In this document: positions 15,584 through 30,150 of the stretch, piece after piece
How the letters are laid out: each line of letters starts with the position of its first letter
Position numbering within the stretch: the first letter of the stretch is position 1
Origin: the human T2T-CHM13v2.0 reference genome, Homo sapiens
Direction: 5' to 3' (one strand)
Assembly (NCBI RefSeq): GCF_009914755.1
Contig: NC_060928.1
Length of the DNA: 64,000 nt
Notes under the pieces: model-generated
The model's input: the letters and a program-made list of their open reading frames with translations, nothing else
Told to the model about the DNA's origin: nothing
Database searches by the model: none
Translations under genes and position numbers: made by a program

Positions 15584-16007
15584 TTTTTTTTTTTTCTTTT
15601 ATTCTTTAAGTTCTGGGATACATGTGCAGAATGTGCAGATTTGTTACATGGGTATACATGTGCCGTGGTGGTTTGCTGCACCCATCAACCCATCATCTAG
15701 GCTTTAAGCCCTGCATGCATTAGGTATTTGTCCTAATGTTCTCCCTCCCCTTGCCCCCAATACCCCAACAGGCCCCAGTGTATGATGTTCCCCTCCCTGT
15801 GTCCATGTGTTCTCATTGTTCAACTCCCACTTATGAGTGAGAACATGCAGTGTTTTGTTTTCTGTTTCTGTGTTAGTTTGCTGAGAATGATGAGTTTCCA
15901 GCTTCATCCTTGTCCCTGCAAAGGACATGAACTCATTCTTTTTTATGGCTGCATAGTATTCCGTGGTGTATATATGCCACATTGTCTTTATGCAGTCTAT
16001 CATTGAT
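15584..16007 (-). mobile_element. 5'-truncated L1PA (older primate subfamily)
   Basis: Poly-T followed by L1 3'UTR (TTTAAGTTCTGGGATACATGTGCAG) and the ORF2 C-terminus (ORF track MWHIYTTEYYAAIKKNEFMSFAGT). 16-bp TSD GCAGCTGCACTATTTC / GCAACTGCCCTATTTC. Confidence 0.95.
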
Positions 16008-17123
16008 GCAACTGCCCTATTTCTGTAAAGGACTTCTCAGTGTTGAGCATATGCAAGTGGAAATCAGTGATCTATGGGGGCTGGAAGCTTGGAAGAAACC
16101 AGAAAGCACAAGGTCTTTAAGCAGAGACTGGAACAGCGTGAGGAAAGTAGGGTTATTTCCTCATAGCTGAGATCTGTAGACTTGGGAGAAGTCCACCAAA
16201 GGAATGTGCTCCCTTACGTATGCATTTTGTATTATTTCTTCCTCCAGTGATAAAATATAACCATGGGCTTATTAAAGAAAATTATTTCTGCTTTTTAAAA
16301 ACTAAACAAATATTGTACACTGAAGATTATTTAATCTTTCTTTGATGATTCCAGAATATTCTGTGGTCATAATTATGACTTCCAATTGCTTTTGGAAATA
16401 CTATGATATAGTGGAAAGAATACTAACTGAGCTTGGTCATCCAGTAGCTTCACAGTCTTTGGCAAATCATGCTTGTGATTCATCTGAAAAATAAAAATAA
16501 TTCTATGTACCTCAAAAACTTTTGCAAAAATTAAATGATAGTATATAGTGTGTCCATCACAGTTCCTAGGGCATAAATGAAACCCTATAAATGTCAGTCC
16601 TCTTTATCTTCTTCCTTTACAATGTCGACATAAAAAAGTAGGAGATCAAAAGCTTAAAAAAATCAGAACACTGAACAACAACAAAAAAGATGTAATGATT
16701 TACTCTTGCTAAAAACATCCAGGAAAGATTAAAAAACAATGACAGAAATGATGTAGGTGATCTTTTGTATAACTGATTCATTCATTTGATTCATTCTTTT
16801 GTGTAACTGATTCATTCATTTCTTTCTCTGATGCTATTCAGTTTATCATAACATTTTAAACCATTTTAATCTTTCTATCATAGATCTTGAGATAAAATGG
16901 AAAGGATAATAATTTTTATCAAAGGCATAAATATATCCAAAAATACCAATAAGTGTGAGATGCAGCTTCACTGTGAGTTCTGCTTTCATTAATTACTATT
17001 TGTTAGAGGCTGATTATTTTTATCTCCCTGAGATTTCTCTCATTTCATGTTTCTTATTTGATAGACTGTGTTTTCTTTCTAATTTATTTTTATTTTCAAT
17101 ATTTTTCTCTTCAAGAAATTGTA

Positions 17124-17461
<338 letters not shown>

Positions 17462-17906
17462 TTAAATTCTCCATTTTTAGATATTAACTAATGTTTCTCA
17501 TCTAAACAATTTATTATTTATTTTGTTGCTCCTTGGTCAATGATAATGTGTGGGATTCAATCAACACTAAGAAAACTCTTTGAGAAATTTTCCTAGTTGT
17601 AGCTCTAAATTTCCAGTGGCCTAATGTGTCTCCAATCACTCTAGTTTCTATAGTGCAAGACTTGATCCAAAAATTTTGGGTATAATTTTTCTATTTACAC
17701 ATCACTCTCAACAATTGAGCTTGTCATGCTTGATTTTTTCTAGCTGGCATTTACAAACCTTAAAAGACTGTTTTCCTGTTGTTTCACATAATTTTAAATA
17801 TCTAAACAACCTTTTGTTCCCATAAAAGATATCAGCTTTATTCACCTTTCAGGCATTCCTAATTTTTTGTTTTGTTTTGTTTTTTATTTCTTTCTACACA
17901 ACAGAT

Positions 17907-18263
17907 TGATATGGTTTGACTATGTCCCCCACTAATCTCATCCTAGATTGTAGCTCCCCATAATTCCCACGTGTCATGGGAGGGATCTGGTGGGAGGTAA
18001 TTGAATCATGGGGGCAGGTCTTTTCCACATTATACTTGTGATAGTGAATACATCTTACAAGATCTGATGGTTTTATAAAGGGGAGTTCCCCTGCATACAC
18101 TCTCTTGCCTGCTGCCATGTAAGACGTGCCTTTGCTGCTCCTTCATCTTCCACCACCAACCTCCCTGACCATGTGGAACTGTGAGTCCATTAAATCTCTA
18201 TCCTTTATAAATAACCCAGTCTCTGGTATGTCTTTATTAGCAGCGTGAGAACAGACTAATACA
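17907..18263 (+). mobile_element. THE1-family MaLR solo LTR
   Basis: TGATATGGTTTG...GACTAATACA with 5-bp TSD CAGAT. Confidence 0.93.
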
Positions 18264-20378
18264 CAGATTAAGAGAAAAAAATCATCACTTCTGTAAATGC
18301 ATTTTCACTTTCATGGAAAGGAAAAGGAGAGATGTTACTTATCAATAATTATTCTCATAGTAACTGGAAATTATGAGTTTTTCTTACATGACTGATTTGT
18401 CACATTGTATATTCAATAATTATGCTTTTTAATTGTTTCCTCTGGACTACACAATTTTAAAGTAGATTTATATTCAATTAGTTTAATATACAAAACAATA
18501 ATTCTTCAAAGATATTTATGTCATGATACTCAATCAACAGAAATGTGGCTCTGACCTTTTTGGTTAAGTGAGTATCAGTGAAATTAAAATTTTCCAAACG
18601 ACTTTTTTACAGCAAATTATGTGAAAAAAATAAAAATAAGATATCCTTAGCATTTCTTAAAATACTGGTTTTTATGGAGCTTTACTAACCATTATACATG
18701 TTCATTTAGACCAGCAATAGAATTGCAAGTTAGGATGAGAACATAGGTCATTATCCTGGATGCATCCCTGCTCATCACACCCATGTCTCATCCTTAACTA
18801 AAACCAAACTGCTGTTAAATCAGGTGGATGACAAGCAGCGGAGATCTTGATCCTCTAAGTAAATAGAAATACTAAATAAAAAGTTGGCATTTCACTGGAG
18901 AGCAGTTGAGTATGTTAAAGTAAGACAATTTGTGTACAAAATAAGTTTAACTTACAATTATAAATTTTTAAGGAAAATCAAAGTTACCAACCAATACACA
19001 AGTGAACAATTGGAGGAAAGCAATGGATTACAAGGACAAGTAGATTACAAAAGAAAATAATGTTCACTGGAGGAAGGGCTTCGTCAGAATGTAAAGGACT
19101 ATTGCTCAGGCTTTCTACAAAGAGAAGAAACAAAGCCAAGAATGGAATACGATGCTTGCAAGGTAACTAGGAGAAAGCATGAGACAATCATAAATATATC
19201 ATATTATTAAAACTTGCCTAAAATACTAGATCTTTAGACTAACAACAGGATCCATGTGCTCTAGCCTATTTTAATGTTTTTCCTGGGTAACAAACAAGAC
19301 TAATAGAGAACAATTATAACATGTTTAGTTTTTGACCATGGTTCTTTGAAACATTCAGTGCCTAGTTCTTCCCAAGCACCTGGATCAAAACCCCCATGAC
19401 AGCCTGGTCACTCTAAACCAATTTAAGACTCCTACAGTCTCATTTAGTTGCAAATCACAGGCTTAATTCTGTAATTCAGCTGTTCAATCCTATGTGACAA
19501 TAGAAACTCTCTAGTACATTTGAGGCTGGCATTATTCCCTAATGTGGGCCTATGACAGAAGAAGTGCCTACAAATAAAAACTTAGCATTGTCTTCTCTAT
19601 ACTTGAGAAACTCCTCCCCATTTGGGAGGAGTTTTTATTTTTTGCTCCTATGGGTTGTTTTGACTGATTGGAGTGAGGCTGATGATCTCGTGTCTTTCTG
19701 AGCCTGCCCGGTATTCAGAGCTGCTTTCTCTCATAGTACTATTCTGAATTATTTGAAGACCTCCCACAGCTAGAGACTTACTGCTTACAGTCCCTTGACA
19801 CAGGCAATATCAGTATTCCAACTAGTTTTGGCTCCTCCCATAGCCTCTGAGCATTAGGCCACGACCAGCTTCCTTCAGCTGAGATCCCATCTACCCTCCA
19901 CTCAGTCTCTTGGACAGGATCCAAGGCTTCCTCTTGTGGGCTTTGCCTCCCACATGGCCACACCTCTTCCTTTCCCTTGACAAATTCTGGGAGCTCCATT
20001 ATTTACCAAATTGCAGCTCTATACTCTGCTATCATGGGCTGACCCAGCTAACATTCAAGCTTTGGATTCTTAACGATGATTCAGACACAAGCTCACTGTG
20101 CCACTCAAACTATGTTTGTGTGCTTTGATGGAGATGGGGAATGGGAGTCACATAAATTCTCCACATGGTCGCTTGGAAGTCCAGTTTCCTAAGGAGGTAT
20201 CCTCCTGCTCCTCCCCACTAAAAGCAAAGAGGTGAGATATATAGGACAACTCACTCCAAAGCAACCTTCAAAATTCTTTTTCTAATTTCCAATGACTGGT
20301 ATCTGTATGCCATAAATATGGATGGGAAGTATAAAGGCATCTAATCAGTTTCCTCCCACGCCTTTTTTGCAAGTTCTG

Positions 20379-20736
20379 TGTCTTGGTCATTCTATAACAA
20401 AATACCATAAATTGGGTAGCTTATAAACAACAAAAATTTATTTCTCATAGTTCGGGAATCTGGGAAATCCAAGATCAAGGCATTGGCAGATTCGGTGTTT
20501 AGAGAAAGCCTGCTTTCTGGTTCATAGAAAGAGCCTTATAGCTGTGCTTCCACATGGTGGAAGGGGCAAGAAAGCTCTCTGGGGACTCCTTCATGAGGAT
20601 CTTAATCTTACTCATGAAGGCTCTGTCCTTATGACTTAATCACTTCCCAAGAGGCCCCACTTCCTAATACCATCACACTGGGGACTAGGATTTCAACATA
20701 TGAATTCAGGGGGACACAAACATTTAGACCATAGCA
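20379..20736 (-). mobile_element. MLT1A-like MaLR solo LTR
   Basis: TAACAAAATACCATAAATTGGGTAGCTTATAAACAAC...GGGGACACAAACATTTAGACCATAGCA with 5-bp TSD TTCTG. Confidence 0.88.
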
Positions 20737-20899
20737 TTCTGCATGGTAATGTTTCATACCTCAGCCAAAATTTTATTTTTCATAACTGTATGTGTGTGTG
20801 TATATGTGTATCTGTGCATGTGTAACTAAACACAGAATTTTAAAAGATTTCACAATATATCACAAACACATGTATACATAAGGTTCAGTCCTTCATAGT

Positions 20900-21960
20900 G
20901 ACTTTCACAGCTGTGTGGTCTAGGAAGAGAAATGAGTTTATTTTATAAATAACCTTCTCTCAGAGTTGCCAAAATGAAACAAAAAGCAATAAATTTCTCT
21001 TAGAAATAAGTCCGCAATAAAAACAGGCTAAAAAGAAGGAGCTCATGTAAGAAACTTATGTGAAGAACAGAAATGCCATAACCTCAAATCCTCACTAAGT
21101 CCGGGGAGACCTGTGACCAGATACTATAATCATGAGAGAAGGCACAGCTACAAAGAGTTAAGATTTGCAGTAGATTTGCTATGAGCATGTGAAAGAGCAT
21201 TTTAAATTATGTTCCAATAAATAAGTTTTGTGCTTTGGGCAAGTGGTGAAATATTGATGTATTACAAAAAGAAAAAGAAAATAATTTTTTTGTTTTCTTT
21301 TTCTCAGTAAGGAACTATTTTTTCCTTAAAAGGATAGACCAAATATCAATAAAGAAGCAGTTGAGGCCTGTAATAGGATGCAAGTATCTAAACACTCAAG
21401 TGAGTTCAAGTCTCTTGAAACAAATTGTGTAGCAGATTACTGAGAAAATTTACAAATGATACCAAGAAACTTCCGTCAATGACCTATGCATAAGGATTTA
21501 TCAAAAATTAGAGAAATTCTGAAAGTTTGAAACAAGTAAGCAGTTTTAAAAAAACTACCAAAAATTGGTATTTATTGAATATAATACAGGTTATTAAAAT
21601 CATAACCTTGTAATCATATTGAAAGGAAATTGGCAACCAAAAGGGGTAACCAAACAGAGTCAACATGGCCTCCCTGTTTGACTTTATTCTGGGTCAAAGT
21701 AATTGGGTTTCTCCTTTAAATGTGATGACAATTATTGTTGAAGAAAAATGCAGTGGACATTTCTAGATCTCAACAAGACAATCTATTTAATAACATTGTT
21801 AAAAACAACATGAAGGAATGTTGAAGGATAATGATAAAAGAAAGGGAATTTGTAACCTGTTAAGTAACTAATGACCAAAGGTGCTGATTTGAATGGATGT
21901 AATTGTAGAGGGATTTACTGATTCACATGTACTGAACACACTGCTGCCAGCTTTTTACTG
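20900..21960 (+). mobile_element. Highly decayed CR1/L3 LINE (RT region)
   Basis: Remote similarity to the CR1 RT segment (AATGCAGTGGACATTTCTAGATCTCAACAAGACA, roughly 'AVDIIYLDFSKAF'). A similar relic lies near 19000-19170. Confidence 0.4.
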
Positions 21961-23599
21961 AAGGTAGGATTCTTCAGTTTCCTATTTAGACTGAGACTCC
22001 CAGAGCTAGTGTGGTTTACCTGGTAATGAGGATAGAAATGAGGTCAGCCGGTTTTCCACAATCAGCCATCCAGTGGACAAACAGGTGACCCATCCCAAAG
22101 GAATACAAAAAAGGTGTTCTGATCTCTTCATCACTTATTACTTTGCTCCCTGCAAAAATCATTAACATTCCTGACATATGGTCAATCGCTCACCCCTGTT
22201 AAAGCAAGTTTCTCCCTATTGCGTTGCAAAGGCATACAAAACAAATAAGCATGATTTCTAAACAAAGAAGGCTTTCAAATATAAATTTGAGATATTATAT
22301 AGGCTTCTCCCTATACAGGCAGTGTATCTATGGAAAGAGGAGGGCCATACTTCATTTTAACCGAAAATGCAACAGTCTGTTAACCCCGTTTATTTCCCAT
22401 AAGAAGGAAAAAAAAGTGTTACATATGAAGCTTAAGGAGCCTGAGGCCTCATGGAACGTGTCTCAAAATCTTTGCCTGAGAAGTAGAAATTTAGCAATAT
22501 GACTGAAATAATAGATTGTATTTTCATTTAGAGACACCATGGCTGTCTTTTCCTCACATTTCTCATCTTATTTACTAATAAATTTTTAAAGAAGACTGAA
22601 GATATGTTTATTGATTTACATTAGATAAATTGATTTTTCAGTAGTGTGGAGTTTTCCTTGGTGGGGTTTTACGTCATTAGAACATAGTTCGGTGAGCCTA
22701 GACAGACTTCAGATATTTACATATCTATGAAGCCGAGTCATTAATCATGCAGAAAAGTTCAACATAGAGAGAAGTTGCTATAATTATTGGTGGCAAACAA
22801 TTGAAATAGATTCATGCTAACTTGAAGAAAGGAACTTAATTTTTGGAAGGCTATTCAGTTACAGAATCTAAGAAAGAGTATAGCATCCAGGCCAACAGGT
22901 CAGAGCTGGGACTCTGATTAATAGGAAATAATGGGTAATTTCCTTGAGTCTTGCCATCAAGGCAGTCTTCTGTCTTTAGGTAACTCTTCCCAGCTTCAAT
23001 CCTAAGAAAGAAACTCTGATGGGGTGGGCTTTAGTCGCAGTGTTACACTTTAGCTATGCTAGGGGCTGGTGGCGATTTCTAGTTATAATCGGAATAGGAC
23101 CTCAAGAAATGGAGGTTCCACGAAAGAAAACTATTGCCAGGTCTCTTTCTCAGAAGTGGGGACAAGTACACTATGAAAAGTATACTTTAAAATGGGTTCA
23201 GTACCTTTATAGTTTGAACATTGTACATTAATGGTAAGGCTCTAATTATCTAATTGGGTAATGGATTCATAAGTGTTCATTTCTCTTATGTAAATAAATA
23301 AATAAATAAGAATAAAAGAGAGCCATGCATAGACTAATGAAAACAGTGTTTTAAGAATTAACCGTTATGATTAATATAAGCCTGAAATACAAAAATAAAT
23401 AAAATCAAACAAAATAAAAAATATTACCCTAAACATCAGACAAAAAGAAATCAAAACTGAGCAGGTACATTTTAATACTTTGGATAATTTATATTTTACT
23501 ATTTCTGGATAACAATGATAAATAATGAAATGATCAAGCAGTCAGAAAATTCTCCTAATTCAAGTCTTCCTGAACTACTTTTGTAAGTCAAAAATGGCA

Positions 23600-24620
23600 A
23601 GTTTGTCTTAGCAATTCTTGATCTTCAGCTCTTTTATATCAATATTAGAATGAGTTTCTCAAATTTAGCAAATACATACACACGAAGAGACACAAAATCT
23701 ATTGGAACTTTCACTGGAATTTTATTTTGTTTATACATTATTTTCAGGATACTCAATATTTATGCTTTCATTTAGTTTTCTTATTCATAAACATCCTATC
23801 TCTCACATCTCTTCTCATTCCATCTCATCCTATTTTGCGCTATCTCTCCATTGTCATTTTTAATATTCTTCCTTAATGCTTAAACTTTCTTTGTAGAGAC
23901 TCTGCAGAATATGTTAGATTTATTCCTGCTGAAGTCTGAATGTCAGTTCCCCCCACCCCGACCCCCTCAAAATTTTTATATTGAAACTTAATATCCAATG
24001 TGACAGTGGGGCGGGACCTTTGGGAAGGTGATTTTGTCATGAAGGCTGTAGCCTTATAAATGGGATTAGTGACCTTATAAAACAGGCTCAAGTGAGCTCT
24101 CTAGTCCCTTTTTTGAGTCCCTCCCTCCATGTGAGGACAGTGAGAAGGCATCATTTTGGAAGCCTCTAGAACTGAGAGAGGCTGAATAAATTTCTGAGAA
24201 ATAAATTTCTGTTGTTTACAAATTACCACTATTTCAGTATAGCAGCAGGAATGAACTAAGACAAATTTTAAGACACTTTATAGTTTTTTTTGTCATTATA
24301 AATGGTGTCTTTTCCTTTAAATTATTTTATCTAAAGTTTATTACTCGTATAAAGACATGCAATTGACTTTTCTATGGTTAAGCATTTTGCTAAGTTTTTC
24401 TATCATTTCTAGTTATTTTTATGTATAGTTTTTTTGGTTGTTTTATGTATACAACCAAATCATTTTCAAGGAATGATGGTTATTTCCTCTAAATTTGTAT
24501 GCTTTTATTTATTTATTTTTATTGCACTAACTAGAATACCCAAGTCAATGTAAACCAATAAAATGGTAAAAGTAGGTATCTTTGTCTTATCTTATATTTT
24601 TAAAAAATCTTATAAATTTT
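23600..24620 (-). mobile_element. Old L1 (L1ME-like) ORF2 fragment interrupted by a MaLR LTR
   Basis: Degenerate antisense ORF2. GTTAGATTTATTCC continues after the LTR. Confidence 0.6.
23927..24263 (+). mobile_element. MLT1A/MST-like MaLR solo LTR
   Basis: AATGGGATTAGTGACCTTATAAAA...TATAGCAGCAGGAATGAACTAAGACA. Confidence 0.8.
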
Positions 24621-24621
24621 T

Positions 24622-27600
24622 ATCCAATTTAGATGTTCCGTATTTCTTTCTTTTGCCTAATTGCTCTGACTACAACTTTCAATACTATGTTGAGTAAAAG
24701 TGGGGAAAGTGGACCTCTTTGCCTTGTTCCAGATCTTAGAAGAAAGGCTTTCAATTATTCTCTATTCATAGGATATTACCTATGGATTTTTCATATATCA
24801 CCTTTATTGTTTTGAGGTACATTCCTTCTATGTCTAGTTTGTTAAGTATTTTTATTATGAAGGAAAGTTGAACTTTATCAATGTGTTTTCTGCCTCTATG
24901 GAGATAATCATATGGTTTCTGTCCTTCAGTTTGTTGATGTAGTGTATCATAGTGATCAGTTTAGATATGTTGAAAGATCCTTACATTCCTGGAATAAATT
25001 TTGCTTGATCATGGTGAATAACCTTTCTGATGTGCTGTTTTATTCAGTTTTCCAGCATTTTGTGAGGATTTTTGCATCTATCTTTATCAGGGATATTGGA
25101 ATGTACTTTCCTTTTTTTCTTGTGTCTTTGTGTGGTGTTGGCATTAGGGTAATACTGACCTTGTACAATGAATTTGGGAGAACTCCCTCCCACGTAAATT
25201 TTTTGGAATACTTTGATAAGAATTGGTATTAGTTCTTCTTTAACAGTGTGGTAGAATTCAGCAGTGAAGCCATTCAGTCCTGAACTTTTCTTTCCTGAGA
25301 AACTTTTTAATTAATGATTCAACCTCTTTATCCATTATTGGTCTGTTTAGTTGTTCTGTATACTCATGGTTCAATCTTGGTATGTCATATGTATCCAGAA
25401 ATTTATCTATGTCTTCCTGATTTTCTAATGTTTTGGCATGTAATTGTTCATAATACTCTCTAATGATCCTTTGTATTGCTATGATATCTGTTGTAATGTC
25501 ACCTTTTTAATCTCTAATTTTATTTATTTGGGTTTTCTCTCATTTTTTTCTTAGTACTCTAGCTAAAAGTTTGTCAATTTTGCTTATATTTTTAAAAAAC
25601 CAACTTTTTATTTTGTTGATCTTTTGTAATTTTTTAGTCTCAATTTTATTTATTTCTGCTCTGATCTTTATTGTTTCTTTCCACTAACTGGGGGTTTGGC
25701 TTATGCTCGTTTTTCTAGTTTTTTGAGGTACATCATTAGATTGTTTATTTGACCTCTTTCTACTTTTTTGATGAAAGCATTTCTTGCTATAAACTTCTCA
25801 TCTCTCTTCATAATCTTTTTCTGTATCCCATAGATTTTGGTATGTTTTGTTTCCATTTTCTATGGTTTCAAAACATTTTTTTTAATTTCCTTTTTAATTT
25901 CTTCATGAACCCTTTGATTGTTTAAGAGCATGTTGTTTAACTTCCATGTATTTGAATACAGTTTCCAAAGTTCCTCTTGTCATTGATTTATAGTTTTATT
26001 CAATTATGGTCAGAAAAGATAACATAATTTTGACTTTTCAAATTTTTTGATTTATTTTTTGGCTTAACATGTGGTCTATCCTAGAGAATGTTCCATGTGC
26101 CAACAAGAAGAATGTGCACTCTGCAGCAGCTGGATGAAATGTTCTTTAAACGTTGGTTAGGTTCATTTGGTCTAGAGTGCAGTTTAATTCTGATGATTAT
26201 TTGATAATTTTCTTCTGGATGATCTGTCTTGCTAAAAATGGGATGTGGAAGTCTTGTACCATTATTGTATTGCAGTCTATCCTTTTAGGTCTGTTAATAT
26301 TTGCTTTATGTATCTGGGTGCTTTAGTGTTGGGTGCATATATATTTATTATTATATCTTCTTGCCAAGTTGACTCTGTTCTCCCTATATAATGACCATCT
26401 TTGTTTCACTTTATAGTTTTTGACTTGAAGTATATTTCATCTAACATGAAAGTATAGCTACTCCTGCCCTTTTGTGGTTTCAATTTATATAAAATATATT
26501 CTTCTATTTTTTCTATTTAAATCATGTGTCTTTATAGATGAATTTCTTATAGGCAGCATTTAACTGGGTCTTGTACTTTTATCCATTCACCCACCCTTTA
26601 TCTTTTAATTGGGGAATTTACTCCATTTACACTCACTCTTATTATTAATAGGTAAGGACTTACTACTGCTATTTTTTTTTTGTTTTATGGTTGTTTTGTA
26701 GCTCCTCTCATTCTTCTTTTCTTACTGCCTCCTTTTGTAGTTATTTTTTCTGGTAGTATATTTCAATTTCTTGCATTTGCTTTCTATTTTTAGTTTTTAT
26801 ATTATAGGTTTTTGCTGCATGGGTATATAAAACATTTATGTTTTTAACAAAGTTATTTTAAACGGATAACAACTTTATTTTGATCATAAAGAAAACAATA
26901 AATTTAAAAAAAAAAACTAAAAATCTCTACACTTTAGCTCTATTCCTTCCAAAATTTTGACTTTTTGTTGTTCCAATTTACATCTTTTTATATTGCCTAT
27001 CTCTTAGTAATTTTCTCTGGGTATTTACTTTTTCCAATGATTTTTATACTTCAGGTGGATTTTTTTTGGTTGTATGTTGGTATCCTTTTTTGCCTCCAGA
27101 TTGAAGAACTCCCTTTAGCATTCTTATAAGACCAATGTGGTGATGATGAATTTTCTCAACTTTTGTTTGCCTTTGTGTTTCAAGGATAGCTTTGTTGGGT
27201 ACACAATTCTTGGTTGACAGTTTTTTTTCCTTTAGCACTATTAGTATGTCATCCCACTTCTTCCTGTCCTGTAGGGTTTCTACTGAGAAGTCTGTTGCCA
27301 GACAAATCAGATCTCTTTTATATATGATTTAATTTTTTTTCTGCTTTTAGGATCCTCTATTTGTCCTTGAACTTTGAGAGTTTGGTTATTATATGCCTTG
27401 GGGTAGTTTTATTTGGGTTAAATCTGTTTGGTGATCTTTGACCTTACTATACCTGGATATTTATATCTTTCTCTAGATTTTGTAAAGTTTTCTGTTATTG
27501 TGTCTTTGAATAAGCTTCCTACCCCTTGCTCTTTCTCAACTCCCTGTTAAAGACCAATGACTCAGATTTGCTCTTTTTAGGCTATCCTCTAGATTTGTAA

Positions 27601-28690
27601 GCATTCTTTTTGTTTTCTTTTTTCTCTTTTATTTATTTCCAAATTGCCTATTTTCCAGATCACTGGTTATTTCTTCTGCTTGATTCAGTCGGCTGTTGAG
27701 ACCCTCTAATGTATTTTTCATTTTGACCATTGTATTTCTAAGCTCCAGGATTTCTGTTTGATGTTTTAAATTATTTCAAAATCTTTGTTAAATTTCTCAT
27801 AAATTTCTGAATTTATATGACAAATCTTGAAATTCACCAGATTTCCTTACACTGCTGGTTTGAGTTATTGATCTGAGAGCTTTCACATAAACATCTTATT
27901 AGGGTCAGTGCTGTCTCATTTTTTTGTCCATTTGGGGAGGTCATGGTTCTCTATCCACTCTTGTTTTCTGTGGACTTATGTCTATGTCTTTGCACTTAAG
28001 GGAGAATTATTTATTCTAGTCTTTGCTTTTGCCTTGGTCTTTCCAGAGTATGTCTGTCTGTGCAGGTTGACTGATGAGTTCCTTTAGCCCAAGACCACTG
28101 CCTCCTTTCTGGCATTAGGTGGTTTCCTAAGCCCAGATTTGCCATAACTCTTGAAAAAGTTCAGAATACTGCACATCTCAGACTGCGGGGATCCCAGTGG
28201 GGATACCCTGGCTGTGTAAGAAGGCTAGTTTGGAGTTTGTGCCTGGAATATTCACAGAGCACACCTTTGACAGCATAGTGGTCATGTACAGCCTCTCTAA
28301 CTTGCTGTCTCCTTTGGCTGAGATGAAAAGCAGCCACAGAGTTTTGCATGCTGGCTCATTTTAGCCCAACTTCTGTTTGTCTCCAGCTACCCTCAGGAGT
28401 TTTCAACCTACATGCACTTGCAGTACTTCCTATGGGTTGGGGCAGGAATGGTTTTCTTGCCAAGGAACCCATGATGGTGGGGAAACTGGCTGTCTACCTC
28501 TATTACACTTTTACCTGTGTAGAAACCATCAGTCCACGGGGACTTTTCCACATGTTGCCTGGCAGTTTGGGGGAGGGGTGTCACAGTTAGAGTTTTATTC
28601 CTCTTACCTTCTGCTCATGATTTTTCATTTTTCTGTGGCCCCTGGGATTGTCACAGCCTCTGTTGTGAGTTTTAGAATATTGTTTACGGT
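24622..28690 (-). mobile_element. L1M element: 5'UTR, ORF1 and 5' half of ORF2; 3' part missing
   Basis: Long T-rich antisense L1, colinear with the L1 at 49330-59930. Many stops and frameshifts. Confidence 0.9.
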
Positions 28691-29046
28691 TTATTTAGAT
28701 AGTAAGAATTGTTCAAAAAATTCTTCAACTTTAAAAATTTTCTCAGAAGATTCTGCCAAGTAGGCATGTAGTGTTTGTTGTAGCAGTGACAAACTACCAC
28801 AAATCAGTAGTCAGATAGATCTGCCCTATTGACACACCTCTTAAAATCACAAGTATAGTCCTGCCACTAATATGCAGCCTCTTTTCACTACTTAGAAAAA
28901 GCAAAAGATTAAATCTTATCCAGCACACTTTTGAAGGCATAACTGAAATAACTAACATGGGTTAAATCCAAAAGAAAGGTATTGCTTAAATTCATTTTCA
29001 ATCAACTCATCATAATGTCCACTTCCAAAACCTCTTTGTTAACTGT

Positions 29047-29816
<770 letters not shown>

Positions 29817-29884
29817 AAAATAGAAGTGTTTATAATGTTTGTAGTACAGGTGTCATCCAGGCATTTCTCTACCAATGTCTGAGC

Positions 29885-30150
29885 AGTGAGTCTGTACAGT
29901 TTATGGTTAAGAGCAGCAACTCTGAAACTAAATAGACTGGGTTCACATTTCAGTTCTGCCACTTACTAGCTGAATTACCAAGGAAAATGACTTAGCCTGA
30001 CTCTCCCACAGATTCCTTGTCTGCAAAATAAGAATTGTCATAATACAAACCACAAAGGGGGACCTTAAGAGTAAATGAGCCAATATATAGGAAGAATCTG
30101 AACAGTGTCCCCTACATGGTGAGCCCTAGTGATTTTAACCATTATTATTT
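29885..30150 (+). mobile_element. MIR
   Basis: TGGTTAAGAGCAG...CTGGGTTCACATTTCAGTTCTGCCACTTACTAGCTG. Confidence 0.8.

Noticed and set aside
22020-22195. Possible minus-strand exon (TTTAACAG...CAG|GTAAAC)
   Set aside because: Mediocre splice sites and stops in all frames; consistent with chance.
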